Below the pieces are notes generated by a model that had not been told where the DNA came from, did no database searches, and saw nothing but the letters and a program-made list of their open reading frames with translations. The position numbers and the translations under genes were made by a program. Below, one piece after another: positions 55,381 to 64,000 of a stretch of DNA of 64,000 nucleotides. This stretch comes from Octopus vulgaris (lineage: Eukaryota): positions 10,416,001 through 10,480,000 of the forward strand of contig OX597837.1 in assembly GCA_951406725.2 (NCBI GenBank), given 5' to 3'. Position 1 is the first letter of the stretch; each line of letters starts with the position of its first letter.

Positions 55381-58109
55381 AAATTCTTTGAAGTCGCACC
55401 ATACTTTGATAAAATATGATGGACACATCTAGTCCTGGGTATACGAATATACAGGTTGGTCACGGCTGGAACGTATTAGAACACAGGTCACTTTCATAAG
55501 GACTGAACTAGGACTAAGCATTACGAGGAAGTAAGTGTACGTCAGATGTTGTAATCCTAGATACACTAGGACATTGTCTGAATGAACGGTGGGATGGTCA
55601 GAGTTGGAACGTCCGTGATTGATAATAGGTCTGCTCTGATCAGGACGAGGATTGAACTTCGGGTTAAGCAAACAAACAACATCAACTATAAGCGTTAAAA
55701 TTTAAATATGTAAAAAATGGTCCTTCGTCGGCCTCGACGAGGGGTGCTCAAGTGCTTGTCCGACTGAGCTACTGGCTCGGTATACACGTGGCTGAATATT
55801 CCAAGTAGTTCTGCAGAAGCATCAGTATGATGACGTGATAAAGCTGCGCCTTCGAGTTAGAAGTACAGACCCCCGGAGTGGATCCGAAACAACCTCCTTT
55901 GACCCAGTTTCAATCACAAGGGGCTGGGTTGATCAGCGCTAATTTACCCAAGATATCGAACAGCGGAACTAACCAGAGAGACTTCATAACCCATTCGAAC
56001 ATGTTCAATCCTGTGCCCTAATGCTATAACGACTGTGTTATGTATTAGATAATGTACTTCTCAGCGTATGTCTCACGAAAAGATGGGATGGTCAGGGCTG
56101 GAACGCCCATCATCGTTCTGAGCTATGTCTATACATAGCACCAAAGAAAGCTGACACTGGATAATGTGAACCTCGGTGCAATATTTGAATAAAGTTAGAC
56201 CCATGCGCCCATTTCGTTCAAGGTAGATCAAGACCTAAAAACAACAGCAGGGAAGGCACATAAGAGTACTATACTCCTAGATGCACTTACGTCTTGGAAA
56301 CAAACAAGATGCTCATCGCCAAGCATCTGCAAAGCAAAGTAATGGCGAACTTATAAATATGAGAGACAGTAATGAGATGAGGGTCGTTTTAGGTGACCTA
56401 CCATATTGTATAATAAAAGTATAAGCTATAAGGGTAAGGGACACTCAAATAGCATCTCAAGACGCTGGTCGAATGAGTTGAGCGATCACTGGTCTAGGAA
56501 CAGTGAAACGGAACTATTAAGACAGGAATGGGAAAATGGAAGGAGTCCGTTAGTGTCACGGAAAAGAGCATACGGTGCGATCTGTAACGGACGTTAAACG
56601 ATGGTGGTCCGTGTTGAAGAAGAAGGAGGAGAAGTAGGAAAAGAAGGAGGATGAGGAGGAGCAGAATGAAAAGAAGAAAGAAAAGGTAAAAAGGGAGGGA
56701 AGGAGGGAAATGAAAAGAAGAAAGAAAAGGAAAAAACGGAGGGAAGGAGGAGAATGAAAAGAAAGAAAAGGAAAAGAACAAGAAGGAAAGGGAGAAGAAA
56801 CAGGAAAAAAGAAAAGAAAAAGAACAAGAAGAGGAAGGAAAAGAAGAAGAGCAAGAAAAAAAGAAAGAAAAAGAAGAAGAAGAAGAACAACAACAACAAC
56901 AAGGAACTGTGATGCTGTCGATAGGGAAATAGTTTACGTCTGATCGATATATCTCCTAAAGACCTGGACCAGGGAAAAGAGCCTTCGCGATTTTATTCGA
57001 CGTCGATTGAACCCTAAACAAATAATTGACTAATACTCAGAAGCTTCAAGCGTGATTTTTTTTTTTTTTAAGTGTCCAATACAGACGCTACTACTATACT
57101 ACGAGTCTATATTCGCAAAAAACCACGGCTTTTAAGTATCAGGACGAAGAGTTATTCAAATGGTCCCATGGGCAGAGAACAAAGGTTAGAAAATCCAGGC
57201 TTTGCACACACCACACTTTTTTGACAGGAAATTTTTTTTTTCTCTGAGCTGGGCCTGCCGTCGGGTAACACAGCATTCACACGTAGTAAGAACGTTAGCT
57301 GGTTTCGGTTCTCTTCCATATCTAAATTCAACAACCTCGGGCATTTATCGCGGAGGGAGACGAAGGAGAGTCTGTCATAATAGTCCAGTTATAAATTTTT
57401 TTTAAATCCCAGTCTTTGACCCATGGTGGTGTTGATAGTGGCTGGGAAGAAGCGACAGATGCCTGTGTGTATGTGTACGCGCTCGGGTTTGTATTTAGCA
57501 GAGAGAGAAAGAAAAAGAGACAGAGACAGAATGAGAAAAATGTGACAATAAAATGAAACAATATACGACGTGACCAAATGAAGGAGTAGCAGACGACACA
57601 TCACGTGACCAATAATGAAAGTAGGAAGCGGAGGAAATTGTTATTGTGTACTGTTATAATATTTGTTTCATATTTCCATTCTTATATAACTTATTTCTCC
57701 TTGTGTGCGTGTGTGAGTATATATATATATATATATATATATGGGGAGAGAGAGAGAGACATACACACACAGCTAAGAAGCGTGTACAGAAATAGACAGC
57801 CAGAAAGACATGCTGATTTTAATAGGAGGGTGAATATTAATAATTCAAAGAAAATACCGAATTTTCAAATATCCGTACATATTTGAGAGATAAGGCGAGG
57901 AGTGAGTAATCTCATGATGACGAAAGTATACTGTCTTTTGAGGCGACATATATACATACGTACATGGATAGATAGATGGATGGGTAGATAGATGGGTGGG
58001 TAGATATAGATAGATAGATAGATAGATATTTATATGAATAAACAGACAAGTACCAAGTGAGGTGCATATCTGGTTTATGCACAAATGGCGACACGTTTAC
58101 ATAAGCGTA

Positions 58110-58159
<50 letters not shown>

Positions 58160-58370
58160 GTTGTACATACAGTCATGGTCTTTGGGGGCTAATTAAACTA
58201 AACCTGCAAAACAATACTACTAATTGTGCATTAAAATACACGTGTATATATATTTCTATATACTTATTTGTATATACATGTATATACATACACACACACT
58301 ATATCTATTACATATTTTCATCTTTGCACACACATACGTCCGTGCATAAATATACGCATGTAATTATGGG

Positions 58371-58408
<38 letters not shown>

Positions 58409-59060
58409 TATATACACACACATATATATACCTATGGGCACATACATATACATGTTTACATATATGTATACACACACAGATACACACACAGGTAGCAGCA
58501 TATACATATACTTGAGATGATCCATCATATTTTAAGCTGATTTATGATTGGATTAACAACGAAATACAGAAGAAAAATTCATAGGAAATATGAATTATTT
58601 GAAGGGGATTGAGCTGATAACAAAAAAACTAGGGAAAGGATTATATACGATCGAAGAGTAATTAAAAAAGTACAGGGGATGTTGGATCTACCTGAGTGTA
58701 CATATTGGCTGAAAGTGACGGTGCAGCTCAGAGTTTGAAATGGATATTGTAACGTAAATAACGATTAACAAATAATATACGTGAATTTTATTTACATGCA
58801 TGCATGTTATAGGCAGTACACGTGTTTACCCGCACGGAGACGTTTACGTATATATACGTATTACGAATGAGCAAAATATACAAGTGATTGTTAACAAATA
58901 TACTTTAAGCAAGATGTGTGCAATTAAAACAAAATCATACACGTGTTATAAACATTCACATAATCTAGGTAGAAATATGCGCACGTGCTCAGGCCTGAGT
59001 ATTTAACAACCATACATACATACAGCCATGCAAGTTTATTTCGATCGTTTAAATTGAAGC

Positions 59061-59084
59061 TATTCCCTCAAATTAAATTTGAGG

Positions 59085-59089
<5 letters not shown>
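59061..59089. repeat. Perfect palindrome with 14-bp arms abutting (TA)n
   Basis: tattccctcaaatt-a-aatttgagggaata. Confidence 0.95.
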
Positions 59090-59121
<32 letters not shown>

Positions 59122-60335
59122 GTTGGAGAACGTTTATTAAAACCAGGGAGATTTTGGAGTTATCAGATAATATATTAGCTAAAAAGAAATAAGGCATAGA
59201 CTATTTCGGAAAGCGCGAGAAGTTATAATGTCCTTAAATCGGATTGTTCTTAACGTATTAAAAATGAAATTACCAATTCAGGTAGAAGCATCAACATATA
59301 GCCACTAATTAGTTTTTATATCATATAGAAGTCATGAACATACGAAGTTTAAGTTACATTCACCAAAACAAACTTTAGCGTAGTACATAGGTATAACCGA
59401 TGGTATTTCAATTACAGATATTACAATCATAGATAATCTTTCAGAAACTTAGAAACTTGTTTGTCTAAATTTGACGATGTTTCCAATTAAATTATGAAAT
59501 GGAAGATAAATGAAAGATAAAACCTTACCAGATAGAAAGTAAAAGATGTGATGAATGTACTTCAGAAAAAAACCCCTTATCCCGAAAACCCCATGCAACA
59601 CTGATTTTTATCTAAACCTGAGACTCGAAATTTCCCGATGGTGTTGACACTTCGAGAAGCACTTAAATAACTGGGTCATACCGCCCCTTCAATATCATTT
59701 CCCATTGACTTCTATGTGTATATAAATACGTGCATGACTCTAAAAAGGAAGATGCTTACATTGTTAAGAGCAATTATTTGTTTTGCATCTATTTTTCTCC
59801 ATTCTTCAATTCCTCCTCCTGGGTCACACATTATGCGTTACATTTTCCATCGATTTTTTCTTTTGTTTATCATTATCTTTTATAGTAATTGTTCTTAATG
59901 CACAGACGAAGGGACATAACTCATTCTCACCACTAACCAATAACACGAAATTGGAAACGCGATAATTAATATTCTGCCTTCCCAAACGAATTCATTAGTA
60001 AACATTACACTGCGTTAAAATGTACAGATTAAGGCAATATCATCAAAGCATGAAACTTTAAATACTCCATACACAAAACAATAATTTTGAGTTCCTTATA
60101 TATTTCGTCCTACTATTTGTAAAATGTTATCAAACTATAGATGATTACATATGCGCACGCACACATATATACACACGCAGATAAACAAGATATGAGATTT
60201 TTATATTTAAAAAGTGAAACCTAAAAAAACTAAAATCTTTCCATTTTTCTCATTGATTTATACTTAATAGAAACAATTTACTATATATATATATACTTAC
60301 ATATATACACACACACGTGTGTCCTGTATGTTACA

Positions 60336-60402
<67 letters not shown>

Positions 60403-61050
60403 TAGATAGATAGATAGATAGATAGATGACAGACAGACAGACATAGATAGAATAAAATAGAATAGATAAATAGATAGATAGACAGACAGACAATTTTTCT
60501 ACCGTCTCTCGATGATTAATGAAAACGACATCTTAGACTATGTAGATTTAAAAAAAAGAGAGAGAGAGAAAGAAATCTATATCGGATTTGTTATTAAAAT
60601 GACAAAAAACGATATGTATTAAAGCGACGAAACACTTGTTCGGGAAACGATTTATATTAAAAAGAATAAAGAGTCATTTGAAATGCGATGTATATTAAAA
60701 ACAATGGAAGATTTGCTGGTGAGAAGATCTGTATTAAAAAGTATGAGACATTTATTGGTCACTTCTCTCTGTCCCCCTTTACGTCATCAACTTTAAAATA
60801 TGCCAAACGTAGGGTCGGGGTGGGGTTTGTTAGAAATGTTGTCGTACGGTCTGGCCGCAAGGTGACTTTTTAAAAGCTTAGCCGTCACTCGCAAACGAGT
60901 ATCACACGATGCAACTGGTCCCCCGGGCTTATAAACACAAGCCTGTAAATATCTAACTCATTAAACACCAACACACCCTGCCGAAAAATAACAGAAGACC
61001 ACGCATGGACATACACACACACGTACATAAACCAGTTTCAATAAACCGTA

Positions 61051-61366
61051 TCTCTATATATATAAACGGCAAAATGTCTGTGTGCGTGTCCTTTATACAA
61101 ATCCACAATTCTTCAATTAGAGGGCTCGCACTTTCTATGGTCGTTCAAAACCGCCCAAGGGTGGTCGTGCACATCTTTACATTTCCCCAGTCACCCCGCA
61201 AAGCCATTAAAAAATCAATAGAAGTGACTTTTTTGTGAATTTTCTATCGAAAACCCAATCAAAATGCCCGAAACTTGACACGCCAATTGAATGCCAGCTA
61301 GCTGTATGTGTGCACACACGCAGCTGTATATGCATGCACTAACACTATGCCGGGTCATAGTGCTAG
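61051..61366 (+). mobile_element. Non-autonomous Helitron (about 316 bp)
   Basis: 5' TC(tc)tatatatataaa, 3' CTAG, subterminal hairpin cactatg-ccgggt-catagtg, inserted between A (61050) and T (61367) with no TSD. Confidence 0.8.
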
Positions 61367-61837
61367 TACAATATATATTTTACTGAACTTCTCTTCCAAG
61401 AATGAGAAAGGAAACCAAAATTATTTGCGCTAAGTTGTTAGTGATCCTCAAAGAAAAGGCGAGGTTTGATTACAAGAAATCATCAATTGGTTTGAGATTG
61501 ATTTACATCGTTAAGGTAAGAAGAGTCTAACCAATGTTCTCAATAAAGGGACATCCATTGGTGTGTGTCACTCTATTTGACCACGTGAGCATAGTACGGT
61601 CTACTCGTGTCTGCACGATGAACATGTCTTCGTTCAGGGAACATCGCATTAAATTATTTTTTTAATTATTTTTTACGTCTCCGTAGCTTAGCCGTTCGGC
61701 AAAGAGAAACCGACAGAACATGTAGCACGTTTGAAGTTGAAAATGCTGGAGTGGATTTCTTCCATTGAACTCTTCAGGACATTACCCTAGCATGGCTGCA
61801 ACCCAATGTCTAATGGAGACAATACATGAATTTTATA

Positions 61838-61905
<68 letters not shown>

Positions 61906-62471
61906 CATTGGGCCAAAAGTAGGACCATCTCTTTTTCTATGTATTAAAATCTTAAACTCATATTCAGTAATCTTAAAGACTCTGGAGATTCGGAACCGTG
62001 ACTCGTGAAACTTGTATCACCATTGATGTTCTGGGCACATCGTCTATTTTTTTTTTTTTTTTTTCAATGTCGGATGAACCCCCACTATTTGTCGTAATAT
62101 TAAACCCACAACAACTGAGCTCTTGCTGAGCGCTGATTGGTGTCTCGGTTGACCAATGACAATGCGATATCGCTGTTCGGCCGTACAATAATACAAATGC
62201 CAGACTTACTAGCGGAAGTGATGACTCATCAGATTAAATAACGACAAAATGAAATGCAATAATTAACAGTGGAAGTCGCATGCGAGAACGAGGCGGGACG
62301 GAGTGAAACGAGTTCGTTTTATTTCTTTGGCAATAATTGCATTAAATACAACAAATCGAATGAAATATAGTATGTATGTTATGTATGTATGTATGGAACT
62401 TACATACGCACACGAGCATAAGATATATTCACGGACACCTGTATGCATTCGTGTATAATGTAGGTGCGTGT

Positions 62472-62535
<64 letters not shown>

Positions 62536-62562
62536 AGAGAGACAGATAGATAGATGTGTATG

Positions 62563-62599
<37 letters not shown>

Positions 62600-62626
62600 A
62601 GAGAGACAGATAGATAGATGTGTATG

Positions 62627-62682
<56 letters not shown>

Positions 62683-62722
62683 CAGACAGAGACAGATAGA
62701 CATGAATACATATCTGTATGTG

Positions 62723-62772
<50 letters not shown>

Positions 62773-63199
62773 CATACATACATATATATACAAATATGTA
62801 CCTATAAATGCAGGTGTGTATATATGTATATATATATATATATATATATTTATATGGAAATGTGTGAGTGCGTGCGCATATATATGCAGTTATACACTTG
62901 TACATACATATAAGCATATATATATATATATATCCATACACACATATATACACGCGATTATAGGCATAAAAGACGCAGAAGCCGTTATGTAATCACGAAA
63001 TGAAATGCGCAATAAAGAGCGAAATGAATTGAGGTTAAATAAAAAAGAAAGGAAAAAGCAATTCTTTGGTTTCGAATAGACTTAATAACAGACTACGTCA
63101 TCAATGCATTGTGCGATACACGTCAGCAAAAATGGTGGTTTACATCAGCAACCGTCAAATGAAATGGCCATATCAGGAGAAAATTATTTTATTAAATAT

Positions 63200-63490
63200 T
63201 TTGTACTTGTTTTAGTCATTGGATTGCGACCACGCTGGGGCACGAACTTCTAGGGTTTAGTCAAACAAGTCAACCTTAGTATCTTTTCCCTATAACTCCG
63301 TATTTATTCTATCGGGAGTTTTTTTATCTTACCCCAAAACCGCCAAATTAAGGGGTTAACAAACCAACATCGGTTGTATACACGACGAGGTTTCACAAAG
63401 TTTCCGTCTATCAAATTCACTCACAAGGCATCGGTCGACCCGGGGCTATAGCAGGAGCGTCCGCAGAGTAGAAGTGAACCCGAATCCAAA
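63200..63490 (-). mobile_element. Degenerate CORE-like SINE
   Basis: tacttgttttagtcattggattgcgaccacgctggggcac...agtttccgtctatcaaattcactcacaaggc...ggctatagcag. Confidence 0.65.
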
Positions 63491-64000
63491 AGACTGGGAT
63501 AAAGGCAGGTTGGTCATAAATGGACCGTTTTTGGTTATAGATCAACTGAGATTGACCTGGGGTTTAAACAAACCTATAATAACAAAAAAAAAAACATTTA
63601 AACGAGCCAATGCGGTTGGTCCTGCGTTCAGTTTGGCTACGTAAAGGACAGGGTGGTCACGGTTGGAATGTTTGTCATCATCGGTTTATTTGATCAGGAT
63701 TAACAACAGCAGAAATAATAACCACATTAAATAAGGCTATCCTAGATAAAAATTTAAACTGAGATTTTAAAAAGTCATGGTTGTCACGGTTGTAACGCCG
63801 TTGATCACAGATCTGCCGAATCCGTCCTGAGCAATGACTGAAAGTCAACCACAACAATAAGTTTCGAAGTCAGCGAACTCTCACGAAGTTGATTCGGTAG
63901 TTTCCGGAGACTTATGATCATGGGCGAATTATAACGAAACAGATAAAAAAATATATTGGTTCAACTTTGTTATTCGCAAAGTTCGAAGCAAAACATATTT

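Overview
Eukaryotic, AT-rich, microsatellite-saturated genomic DNA: (TA)n, (CA)n, (GA)n, (GATA)n, (AAT)n and (ACC)n arrays throughout. The tRNA-derived SINE families and the repeat landscape look like an octopus or other coleoid cephalopod genome; this is recognition from memory, not a search result. I recognise no complete known protein-coding gene, and almost all of the supplied ORFs are microsatellite artefacts. Supportable features: (1) many SINE copies, including head-to-tail dimers; (2) a 5'-truncated Tx1/L1-type LINE with (TATC)n on both sides; (3) a TIR-bounded MITE family in 3 copies, a hAT-like MITE nested inside a SINE, and a non-autonomous Helitron; (4) hammerhead-ribozyme cores, one near-canonical at about 25.6 kb plus degenerate Penelope-type copies; (5) two minisatellites, one with a 256-bp higher-order period; (6) a chain of good minus-strand splice sites (about 53.7 kb down to about 24.2 kb) suggesting a spliced transcript of short exons that encodes at most a small peptide, with a long intron-containing 3' UTR-like end; (7) frameshifted Cys-rich, EGF-repeat-like relics at 9-10.4 kb. 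The exon chain and the EGF relic are inferences that need RNA-seq or homology searches.
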